Shown here piece by piece: positions 37,550 through 48,255 of a stretch of 64,000 bases of DNA; the stretch's first letter is position 1; each line of letters opens with the position of its first letter. The notes beneath the pieces are model-generated. The model made no database searches. It saw nothing but the letters and a program-made list of their open reading frames with translations, and was not told the DNA's origin. Both the position numbers and the translations under genes were made by a program. The stretch comes from Mesotaenium endlicherianum. Taxonomy: Eukaryota. The DNA lies in contig WELA01003597.1 of the NCBI GenBank assembly GCA_009602735.1, forward strand, positions 600,682-664,681, given 5' to 3'.

Positions 37550-39211
37550 ATGACTCAGAAGTCGGAACTCAAGAGGAAGAGAAGGGCGGAAGAGGCACAT
37601 GCAGAATACTTGCAATTCCGTGGAGACATCGAATCATCTTCCATCACCGCTCGGGAATCACAACGACTCCAACAACAGCGGGAGGCACAGAAGAAGAAGG
37701 AGGAGGAGGAACAGGCCAGACTGAGGCAGGAAGAAATGGACGGAAAAGTTGCAGAGGAGGCCAAGAAAGCAGAGGAGGAGAGGCAAGTTGAGGAGAAGCA
37801 AAAGCAGCAGGCTGAAGAAGACGAACAGAGGAGAATTAGCAGCTACCGCTACACAGTGCTGGGCAAGGGCTTTGATCTACTGGAGGAGGCCTTCAAGTAT
37901 GCCCAGAGAAGTCGCAGTGAGTCGCAGAAGGAAATCCTCCAGAAGGAAGGGGAGACATCCGAAAACTTTGACAAGTATAAAGAGGTCAGCACAGGGCTCC
38001 TCCTCTACCACGATTACGCCAGGATGGTAGGATACACAATTGGAGAGGCCAAGGCAATGGCCCAGGTGAACGAAGCAGGAACTGTCTTGATTCCTGGTAT
38101 CTAGGGGGCAGATAGGGTCATCAGGATGATCCCCATGGACGCGGACAGCTTCAAGGACTCAACACCCCATAACAGGTTCAAGCCCATGTACAACGAGGTG
38201 GAGAGGAGGAGCTGGGAATTCGTGGCCAGGGAAACCAGTCAGTTAGACTTTGCAGGGCACTGGTACCCTTGTACTCTTAAAAGGACCAACCCTGCCTTCT
38301 TCCAAAAGCCCACCGATTGGCGGTGGATGACCATCATCATGAGGGACCAGCAGAATGACAGGGCGACGGATGAGGATTTCCTGACAGACCTAAAGGGGAA
38401 CATAGTATTGCCCCCTCACATTGCGGCTTGGGACCCAAGATTGGATGGAGTCAGAGACTGCATGAGCCAGGAGATGCAGGGGGACAGAAGCAGGGCCCGA
38501 GAGTCATTCTCAAAAGGGAAGCACGCTTATACCAAATGGGCAAGTAAGCAGGGGGAAAAGGACCTCTATGCGGTCCGGACTCAGCAACTCCCACCAGCAC
38601 CCAAAAGGGGAAGGTCAGTAGGATATTCTTTTTCTCGGGAAGAGCTGGAGCAGCTGATAGAAGAGACCCCAGAAGTCTCAGAGGAACCCGGGGACGGAGA
38701 GGAGGAGGAGTCAGAGGAAGACGAGGAGGAAGGCAAGGAGGAGGACACTAGCCCCGCCGTGATCCTGACGCCTGCCACATCCCCTATAAGGAAGAAGACG
38801 GGGTTGGCCATGCAGCAACTCGCTGAAGTGGAGGATATCACTTGGCTGGGGACTGCCAGAGGACAGACCCCATCTCCAGGCAAGGAGACCCAGTCAGACA
38901 GGGCAGACAGGAGGGCTGCTCGGGAGATAGCCCGAGGCCTGCCAGCATCTCTTTCGCAGAGAGGGCATGTACCCTTGGCTCATGTCATGCAACATCCTTT
39001 TGGGATGCCGGTATACGTACCTGTCAGTTTGAGGGCTGCCCAGGAGAAGGCTGCCTCCCTCCAGACTGTGCAGGAGGAAACAGCCCAGTTACTGCGTTCT
39101 CCGCGGGGTCCTTACACGGAACCTCCCTCTCTGACAGGCTTCAGAAGACCCCAAGACAGGAAGAGGTCTGGCTCCCCTGAGTATAGAGCCTCAGGGACAT
39201 CTCCCTCCTAA
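37550..39211 (+). CDS. Extra sense ORF (ORF3) of about 553 codons, interrupted by one TAG (38102-38104); unknown function
   Basis: ORFs 37541-38104 and 38126-39211 share one frame, and the region lies between pol and the PPT. Confidence 0.8.
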
Positions 39212-39296
39212 TGGCAGTAGGATGGGGCCGGAAGGGACAGCACGCTGTTATTAGTGTTAGTGTTGTCGAGGCGACAACATGATAAGTTGGAGGGAT

Positions 39297-40017
39297 TGTA
39301 ATGAATCAGTATATTAGTTGATATGATACTCATTTAAATATAATAGTCAATTAAGTTCAGCCTGCTGAACTCTAGTTAATAATCAGTCTGCCGAACTTTA
39401 TACTTAATATCAGATTAATGACTCGGCCCAAAGCAGCACGCTGAAGTCAACTTAAGTCAGCTTGCTGACATATTCTTTGACAGCCAGCTGACTTCCGTAC
39501 TTGGTAGCAGTGAACTGCCTCGATATGCATCTAAGTGTGGTATGCTAGATGAATCGCCAAATGACATCCCTATGATGGATGGCGATTCGGGATGATGGGA
39601 GATGGCGGTGGATTTGGTTAACCGAGGTCCTACCAACGTGGTTAACTCCCGGGTAGGGGGTGCCATCGCACTGACCGTTGAACAGTAAACTCATTCCATG
39701 TACATATACTAGGCATTACTCTCAAGTTCGGCATTCGGAAACGAGGCCAACTCTCTTGTACAGCTTATTGAGAGCGATCTGAATCCAAGGCGAGAAGCCA
39801 TTGATACGCACTGTCTTCTAACCTTGCTTATGTATGAGTTTACTGATTTGCATTATTGATGCTAGTTTACTCGCATTTGACTTACGAGTTTTATTCACTG
39901 CTAGTGTGTTGTCCTTTGCCGTTAAACTAGTTAACAAAAAATACCATAAAGATTACTTGTTGATATAAAGATCTTTATTAATTGTTAATCGCCTATTTGG
40001 TAAGTCGATTCATTTCA
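39297..40017 (+). repeat. 3' LTR (721 bp)
   Basis: TGTAATGAATC...GATTCATTTCA, followed by the TSD. Confidence 0.95.
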
Positions 40018-40800
40018 TGGTGTCCATTTTGTTTCTCCTACCCTTTGCGTTCATTCTGCTTGAGAACTGCCCCCTTTCACCCCCCCCCCCTTGTGTGTCT
40101 CACTCACTTAGCCCCCAGTCCTCTTTGTTCTTGCCTGTTTCTAATATTTTGTTTATCTTTTTTTATGCTATTCACTCACAATATGCTCTCACCTATGTGT
40201 GTGTAACTCTTCCTGCCATGCTCACTTTGTCCCCTGCCGTTCACCATGCCCTTTACTCTCAAGCCTACGCTTTCTCTCATTGTTCTTCTTTTGTTGTATG
40301 TGCATCTCTGGCCTTACATTAATGCCGATTCGTCCATCTTCTCTCACATCTTGTCTCTCGTTGCATGTTCCTCCCTTGCTCACCTTGCCTTCATCGCTGT
40401 TCACCGTGCCCTTTTCCCTTCCATTGCCCTCGCAAATGCTTTTTTTTGGCCAGTTGTTTTCCTATGTGCCTCTCTTGCTACTCTATCGGCTGATTCTTTG
40501 TTGATGATTTGCATTTTCTTGTATGTACCCTGCATGTGTTTGTGCCTGACGCCTTTCCCCCGATTCAGGCGTACATATTTTTCTGTCCCTGCCCGTGCTA
40601 TGCTCCGCCTCTCTCCTTTCCCCTTCTCACTCTTGCCTTAGCCCTTGTCCTCTTTCCTGCAATTCCAGCCATGGCCATTGCCTTTGCTTAGTGCTTTGTT
40701 TGTTGTTGGAACTTCCTGTTCCATCTTGCTTGGTTGCTGTCACGCTATCTAATCAAATAGTCCCCCTTTGAAGAGTGTGTTGCCATACGAATTTGATCAA

Positions 40801-41848
40801 ATGCAGGGTGGACGGGCTATGTCACCAGACTCGCGGGATTTTTTGGACATACTCCTCTCTCGAACTGGGTCCCGGCAGAGAGAGCTGTCGAGGGGATTGT
40901 CCTTGGGGGAAGATGAGGAGGGGCCAAAGAAACCCATTCGCCTCATGCCTTATCAAGGGTCTCTCGTTGTACTTCTATGTACTTCCATGTGCCAGGAAGG
41001 GATACTCACTGCTGATGAGGTTCGTGTAACTTACCGCCCTTTCGTAAGTATCGCGCATGCACCCTGTACATGCACAACCTTGTGTTAAAGTCCACCATGC
41101 ATGGTTGCATTATATCTTTGGAGGTGCAATCCGTCTTTTTCTTTCCCTGATTTTCCTGCAACAGGTAATACTTGTAAGAGAAAAAGGTGTTTTTGAAGAT
41201 CCGTATGCTATCCGGGTTGATAACTCAAATGGCTCAACCGTTGGCTATGTGCCTCGGGAAGTGAGCAAGCATCTCTCGCCGCTCATTGACACGCCAGGTT
41301 GGGTAAGGATGTTTGGCACCATTGCGAGGTGGCGAGAAGAAGCACCTCAGGTATGGTGGCCTTTTGTTTGCTCCCCAACCTTGTCTCTCATGAATAGTAT
41401 TATTCTTACCACATGCCAAGGAATGATTGCATGGTGGCCACTGTTTGAAAGTTTATGATCGGGTGTGTGTCAGGCAGAGGGCTGGAGAGGGCGGGGCAAC
41501 ATACCGTGGGTCATAAGCTACCTGCATGCCTCGTGCACTCGTGGTTCGGAATATGCTAATGCAGGTTGCCTTTTTCCTGCATGGTGTGTTTGTGTGCATG
41601 TATGTGCTCTATTGCAGCTCCGTTGCATATTCAACCTTCACTTTCCCAAGCAATACGAATCATACGTAAAAGACCGACTTGATGAAGGAAGTCTGGTCAT
41701 GATTCATGTGAAGAGGTTGAAGAACACGTCGGTTGAGGACACCTACATGAGTGGTGTTTCGGCACCCTACAATGTGACATGCTCCCTTCAACAACCACAC
41801 ACACCCCTTCCACAACTGAAAGATATTGGCCGCGTGAAAAAAGTATGA
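40801..41848 (+). CDS. HIRAN-domain protein, spliced (approx. exons 40801-41019, 41165-41350, from 41618)
   Basis: VILVREKGVFEDPYAIRVDNSNGSTVGYVPREVSKHLSPLID fits the HIRAN pattern L.RE..N..D..AI.V....G..VGY(V/I)PR.....L.PL.D; canonical AG/GT exon borders. Confidence 0.75.
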
Positions 41849-42992
41849 CCTTATTACATTGTTTTACATGCACTTTTGTTTATTCATTTGCACAGCCATT
41901 TGCTACTACAATCAAGAAGGGTCACTTGTTGCCACCATGCATGCTCTGTACTTGAGAGGGCTCTTTTTGGTTCTTAACTATGTGGCAGAATGTGTTCCTC
42001 ACATACTTTATCTCTTTGTAGTTACCCATGTGACACTGCTCCTTACATATGCAGAGGCTTTGCTCACATGCTTGCAGAGGACGCACGGGGCGCATGCTCT
42101 TAGCAATGCTGGACTGGAGAATTGCCCTCACCCAAGTGCCATGCAGAATTCTCGCAAATCTGACCAAGATAGGGGCAATGTCTTACGTCCGCTCAATTCA
42201 AACTTAGGTACTTCGGGCATAATAGAGCAGCCTCATGACAACAATGCTGAAGGCCATGAATTATTGTGGAAGAAGGCCAGAATGTGACAACTTTAGGACA
42301 TATGTACACAAGTAGTAGTGCTCACCAATTTTTTTAGAAGTCAGTATAACTCAAAACAATACGATATCTTGTTTCTCTAAGAAAATGGCATGTATTGTAT
42401 ATGACAATGAAAGTGAAGTGGTTAAAGAAGATGTGGATAAAACCGATGCACTTAATGCGTGTTCTGCTACACAATTCTATGCACCAAGGAGTGTAAAAAG
42501 TCAATAACATCAACTCACCGTATGCAACGAGAATGCTACCCCATCATCAGAGTTACATGTCAAAAGTACTCCTGATCTACAAAGGTTTCAATAATCAAAA
42601 CCCACACGACATAATATGCTACGAGAACCAGCTTGTGTAAAACTTCTCTGATAATGCATTTGTTGCATAAACTTGACAAATGCACTCCAGTTGCTTGCCC
42701 AACCACCCAAAGTTTTAAGTCGTGGTCAGCACCTTCCATATTTGCACTCACACTATCAGTGCCACATGCAAATGCACACACGAAGGAGGTTCAGGCTCTG
42801 AGAGACAAGGCACAGTGCAAGGGATGCTGAATATACGTGACATTGAAGAGGGAGAGTGATTAAGAGACGGAGAAAGAAAGGTTGTGATATAAGAAGAGGG
42901 GCAGGGTTAGAGAAAGCACATAAAGGACCGGCATAATAGATAGAACGACACATATGACGGAGAGAGGGTAGATGGATAAAACAGATTAAGCA

Positions 42993-43055
42993 AGAGACAG
43001 AGAGAGAGAGGGAGAGGGAGAGAGAGAGAGGGAGAGGGAGAGGGAGAGAGAGAGA
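42993..43055. repeat. (GA)n-rich microsatellite
   Basis: Direct reading of the sequence. Confidence 0.9.
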
Positions 43056-43759
43056 TAGCGAGCGCTGTTGTCGTCAAAGACCCCCGCTGGAGAGGGGGCG
43101 TAGGCTGCACCAATGCACATGTTCTCGCAAGCTTTTGTCTTGAGCGAGCAATCCCCTGTACGCTGATGATGCAGAGACTGTCTATGCAAGTCAACTGCCA
43201 GATGGCAGCGGGCCAAATGGCGGCAAAGCCCGATCCTCTCTAGCAAAGTAAAAATGATGATTGAACGCTTGGTGTGCGGCCTGCTGGGAGTTTGGGGACA
43301 AGAGAGAGGGGGGGAGAGTGNGACTCGAAGTTGTCGCCCAGATGACAATGTCGGAGCTCTCCTTGGCCACCTCTGTTCCCGAAATGCCCATGGACAGCCC
43401 AATGTCCACCTGAGCGTGCATACGAAGAGAGACACACACACATGCACGCACGCACACATATGCACACGCGCACACACAAAGGTGTTTGTTAAAGCAGGGG
43501 AGGCAAACAGGTTACTCTCAGAGAGATCCAACAGGAGATGGGCTGGTAGGACAACAAAGAAAAGAAGCTCTGCGGCATGCTCGTAATCAAAACGTGAAAC
43601 AATCCATCAGTGATATGAAGCATGCGCATGCACAGCGGCGCATACACACACTGCTGTGAGAGGAGTGGCGAGCAACGGCATGGAGGGGGAGAGGAACAAC
43701 AATTGCAAGGGCGCAAGGAAACGCAGAGAGAGAAGCAAAGAGAGGACGGACCGAGCAGC

Positions 43760-46700
43760 CAGGGTTACGCCGTACGCCGTATTGGCCAACCCTCGTATGC
43801 TCAATTAAGCGTACTGAGACGGTTCGCTCGTACTAAGCGAACTGAAGCAAAAAAGTTTTAGGAAAAACACGTGCGCGCCGCCCACGGGCCCGTCCGACAT
43901 CCGTATTGTCCACCATTTTTGGCTTCGGTGTCTTACCTTTAAAAATTTTGTCGATCAAAATCGATCAACAAAAAGCTTGACTTGTTCTTGCAACTTTTTG
44001 CAGGAACGGCAGCAAACTTCTCGGGGGCCGGTTGATACCTTCAATGCACCTCTTTCATTAGCATCAAGCGTCAAGTAAAGAAGAGTAGGAGGTAACGTTT
44101 TTTAGGGTAAGCTATAGAAACGTTTATAGTTCCAATCGAAGCGACTTTTGAAATCTGCCTGACCTTAGGAGACTAGAGAAGTTGTTGCGATCCATTTTTT
44201 AGACAAAAAAAGCCCCACGGATTCTGAAAAGTGGTTGCCTTTGTCTCTCAACTCTCAGAATTCTCAGCGGTGTTTTTTTTCCGTGCATACCTCTGGAGTC
44301 GCATCAGTTCTTCCAGTAGTGCATGGCAACCATGGGCTTAGCAGAGGAGGGCGCCTCCTTCTTCTTGTTGTTGGGTTTTGGGAGACAGCACCCCTCATTG
44401 CACTTGCACCAGCACCAGCAACTGCGACAGCTATGCCAGCAACTGCTCTGCCGGTAGCTGTTGATGCTGCAGCAGTCACGCCTGCCGGTGCTTTTCTTGA
44501 GCTTGCTGCTGACTGTACAACACCCCCAGCTGTGACAAGAGAGCCCACTTCCCCTGTTGCCGGAAAATAGAGGGCCTCCCGGGTGAAAGAGGCAGCTAGA
44601 GTGGCTATGAGGGAGGTAGCTCTGCCAGCTGCAGCCTGTCTCCTGCCGATGGTTTGAGCTCTGACACTTGTCCCACCTGTGCCATGATTAGCAGAACCCC
44701 CTCCTTTATGTATCTGGAGCACATTGAATATATTTCCCTGACATGTGGGAGAAAGCCTAAGTTTGGAACTTGAGGGAAGGGAAAAAGAGGGTGGGATGAA
44801 GGGGAAGTGGGGTAGCTATAGCACGCCTACATCCCTTTCCTTTTGAATTATATCTGCTTTAAGAAGCATATGCAGGAGCAGCTGATCCTCAATCGTATGC
44901 GTAAACTCATGCCACAGGGGACTGGTTGTTTCCACAATCTCATCATTGACAAACAATATCTGTTCTGTTCCACAAGGTCTAGGAAGTGGGGGGTTTGGAT
45001 CAGGGACAGGGTGTGAGCATTTTGGGGCTCACCCGGGTGCACCTCATGCTCACATGCAGCCACAGCCAGGTATTCCAGCTGGGCCAATCAGTGATATGCT
45101 CGATGAAGCGGGCTCAGGGTTCATCAGAAGTGGACTGGGAGCTAATGGAGAGAGGCTTTTTGGCAGCAGCAGAGACTATGCTCAGTCAAATGCAAGTGTA
45201 TTTCTACTGCAAGTAACTCATGTCCCTGAGAGATAACGTCAAGTTTTGGTACATTATTTCACTCAGTTTAGTTATTCTCCTTAGTTTTGGACATGCAAAC
45301 TTATGTGTGACCAGATGACCACATACTTCTCCTCACAAGACATTCCTTACTACTTCGAAGTTGTTGGCTCTTACATGCAAGACAAGCTAAAAGTGATTCT
45401 CTGTCCCTTTCTACACAAGGTTTGCTCCATACGACCCCGTTGGTGATGATCTACTCATGTCCTCAGGACACTTGTCATGATGCTGTCTGCAGCTTGATTT
45501 TCTGGTGCTTTAGGTGCCAGGCCCCCTGACGCTGCCTTGAAGCTGGCAACCCCCTGCATCTTGCATCTGCATTGGTGCAACTGGTGCACCCGGTCAGGGA
45601 AGTCCAACTTCAGTCACTACCAAGTTGCGTGTTTCCTGCCTTCAACTGAGTTGAGCTGGACAAATTTCAAGTAGACTTTTGTTGCAATTTTAGAAAGCCA
45701 AGTATGTGGAGATTGCAAGACTTCCTGGGATGGTGGTGAAGGGTCACTGGACGCGAATAGCAGAGCAAAGTAGCAAGAGGTCTCACGTACAAGCCCCCAA
45801 AGCATGACATCAACGCGCCAGGTCTGTACAACCCTATCATGCCATTTACCACCTACGTTGTTGTGGGGGGGCTCGCCTGGACAAGAAGCGAGCTTGCACC
45901 TCCCACCCCTCATTCGCCATTACTTACCCACACCATACTTTGTTGCTTTGCTGGCGACTCCAGCCATGTAATCTGCTTGTTTGCTTGCATGTTTCACTGA
46001 GGAACATGTATACACATACTCACATGCCTGTCTATCTGTGGGCGCAAATGTGCATGTAATAGTAGTTAGCTAAGGTCCATTGCCGAACCCCAAGGGCCCT
46101 GTCCCTTTCCTCTGGTAGCTTCTTTTTTATTTATTTTGCTACGTAGGCTAACCCCTCCCATCACGTCTGCTGTGCTTTCTATTGACACCCGTACTTTATG
46201 CAAGGGGGGGCAACAGTAGTGTGCATCAGGCCCTAATCCGGGCATGGTCTTGAGTGCAAAACTATGTGTGGGGACTCATACCTCTAACAAAGTAGAGGTA
46301 GCAATACTAGCTTCTAGCAATGTGACACACACGCACAACACGGAGGAACTTAGGGCTCCTCAATTTGAGTGCAAGGTGAAACCGGCCCCCCCATCTACCC
46401 CAAACTTTCCCAAGCTTCCCTCAGCTTAACGTGCATACCTCTGCAAGCCAAAGAGGTGGCAGGCTGGCGGGCCGGCATGCAGATAGGCAGGATGCTTAGT
46501 CCCCGATTCCCCTCTTCCTCCCCTTGCAAGTCCGTTACCCCGGCCCCTTCCTGTGCCCGCTGGCCCTCATGTGTGCCTACACCTTCCGGGCGACGCGCTG
46601 GGCGTGCTTCAGGTTTACGCCACGGTGGTGAACTCGCGCTTCATCACGGGGCTCATTGGCTGGGCCCTGGAGGTGGTGCTCCTACACTTCATCCTGAACT

Positions 46701-48222
46701 CGCTGGGCAGCGGCGACACGCCCCTCATAGACCTCATCGCGTACGCCGGCTACGTCATTGTGGGCGTCACAACCGCCCTGCTCAGCTGGCTCGTCTGGTG
46801 CCACTCCTACTATGTTATTGTGGCCTGGACGAGGTACGCGCCTCCCTCCCTCCAGACAACTGTCCCGCTCCTTAATGTCTTGTTTTGTCCCAAGAGAGGG
46901 GTTGGGGGGAAGGCGACAGGGAATGTGGGAGAGAAATGATGGGCTGGAGTTCTTTTGAGTGCTGAATGACTTAAGCAATGCAATTTGGCAAGCATGGTGG
47001 TGCGAGAAAGGGTTTGCACAGGGCCACATCATTAGCACCTAGCATTGGGTGAGAACGCTTTGCAAGGGTACTCAATTCTTGCTGTGTGTGTGCAGGATGC
47101 TTATTAAAGCCTGCTTCATCTCCCCCCTTCTTTTTTAATTTGCTTGTCTGCAGCTATTGCATGGCGGCGTTTCTTGTGAAGACCATGAAGAGGGTGCAAT
47201 TTGCAGGGGCAAGGTAATATGATCGTGAAGCAAGCCGGCATCGATACCTGTTCCTCCTCATGAGCGTAGCACAGTTTTCTTGTCTTGTGGTTAGGCCGCT
47301 TAGGGAAGTGATGTAAGTAGTCACTTTGTGACGTTTGAGTGGAGCTGATTTCACACGCAGGCAGTGAAGTTTGTACATAAATATACGAGAATGAAATTGC
47401 AGTTTCTACGTCATTGGCCTCTTTTTGTTTTGAAGTTCTGAATATAGAAAAGAGTGAATGCCTTAGGATACTAAAACTTGCGAGTGTCTTGTGAGGAGTA
47501 GTCTTTTGAAGGTAACCAAGAAATGCTGTGAAATATGCCATCATATTATTCATAAAACTAATACCTTAATTCAAAGCTAGTAAACGTGTAGGACAAAAAC
47601 GAAAAAAATTGTCACAAGCAATCACAAGTTCTTAAAAGCCATCCACCAAAACTAGGGGTAGGAATAATAAGTACATGTATTGTAACCTGTGAGATTGTTG
47701 CGCACTACCTTAATAGATGCTTTGAGCCCAAGCAAATGAGGCATTAAAAAGTGGCAAATATGACAAGTCTTAAAATTTACTAATATGAGCATCACTTTTT
47801 TGTAAATTAGAATTGCCTATGGATGCATCATCTCCTGCAGGCGTAGTGGTCAGTCGCCGTATTTAAAGTTTGCGGACTACTCACTGTGGTTATAGTTTGC
47901 TACGTAGTGAGTTCATATTCTGCTACTAGCAACCGCTAGCTCAAGTTTTCTGCAATTTTTATCAAAAAAAATTCCTCGGCATATTTTTCTCAATTTTGTT
48001 TTGCTTGGTGGAAAAAGTTTTGTTCCTACCCGGCTTACTTCAAAAAGTACGATTGTTCTTTCACGCGTGCGACCGTCCCGTTCACGTTGGAACTTAACGT
48101 CGGGACGTTGACAATAGCACGTACTAAGCGTACTAAGCGTACAAAGCCATTTTTTTACACAACGAATTTAGCGAACTAGCGTACTTCGCGTACTAAGCGT
48201 ACTAGCGTACGATGTAACCTTG
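43760..48222 (+). mobile_element. Non-autonomous hAT (Pack-type) element carrying host DNA; 8-bp TSD CGAGCAGC
   Basis: TIRs CAGGGTTACGCCGTACGC and, as reverse complement, CAAGGTTACATCGTACGC; CGTACTAAGCG-type subterminal repeats; CGAGCAGC at 43752-43759 and 48223-48230. Confidence 0.9.
44976..47311 (+). pseudogene. YIF1: YIF1 (Yip1-interacting factor) pseudogene; 5 exons (~44976-45191, 45315-45419, 45742-~45888, 46613-46833, 47154-~47311)
   Basis: GSGFIRSGLGANGERLFGSS, YYFEV...KLKVILCPFLHK, GHWTRI...YKPPKHDINAPGLY, LGSGDTPLIDLIAYAGY and FLVKTMKRV; frameshifts in exons 3 and 4 and a premature TAA in exon 5. Confidence 0.92.
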
Positions 48223-48224
48223 CG

Positions 48225-48255
<31 letters not shown>

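Larger units (their letters stand above)
31723..40017 (+). mobile_element. Second Ty3/gypsy chromovirus family, decayed, with an extra ORF between pol and the 3' LTR; TSD TGGTG
   Basis: LTRs 31723-32443 and 39297-40017 (721 bp each, TG...CA); PBS TGGTATCGGAGC at 32445-32456; PPT AAGTTGGAGGGA at 39284-39295; TGGTG at 31718-31722 and 40018-40022. Confidence 0.96.

Noticed and set aside
37550..39211. env gene interpretation of ORF3
   Set aside because: No signal peptide or transmembrane segment is evident; kept as an unknown accessory ORF.
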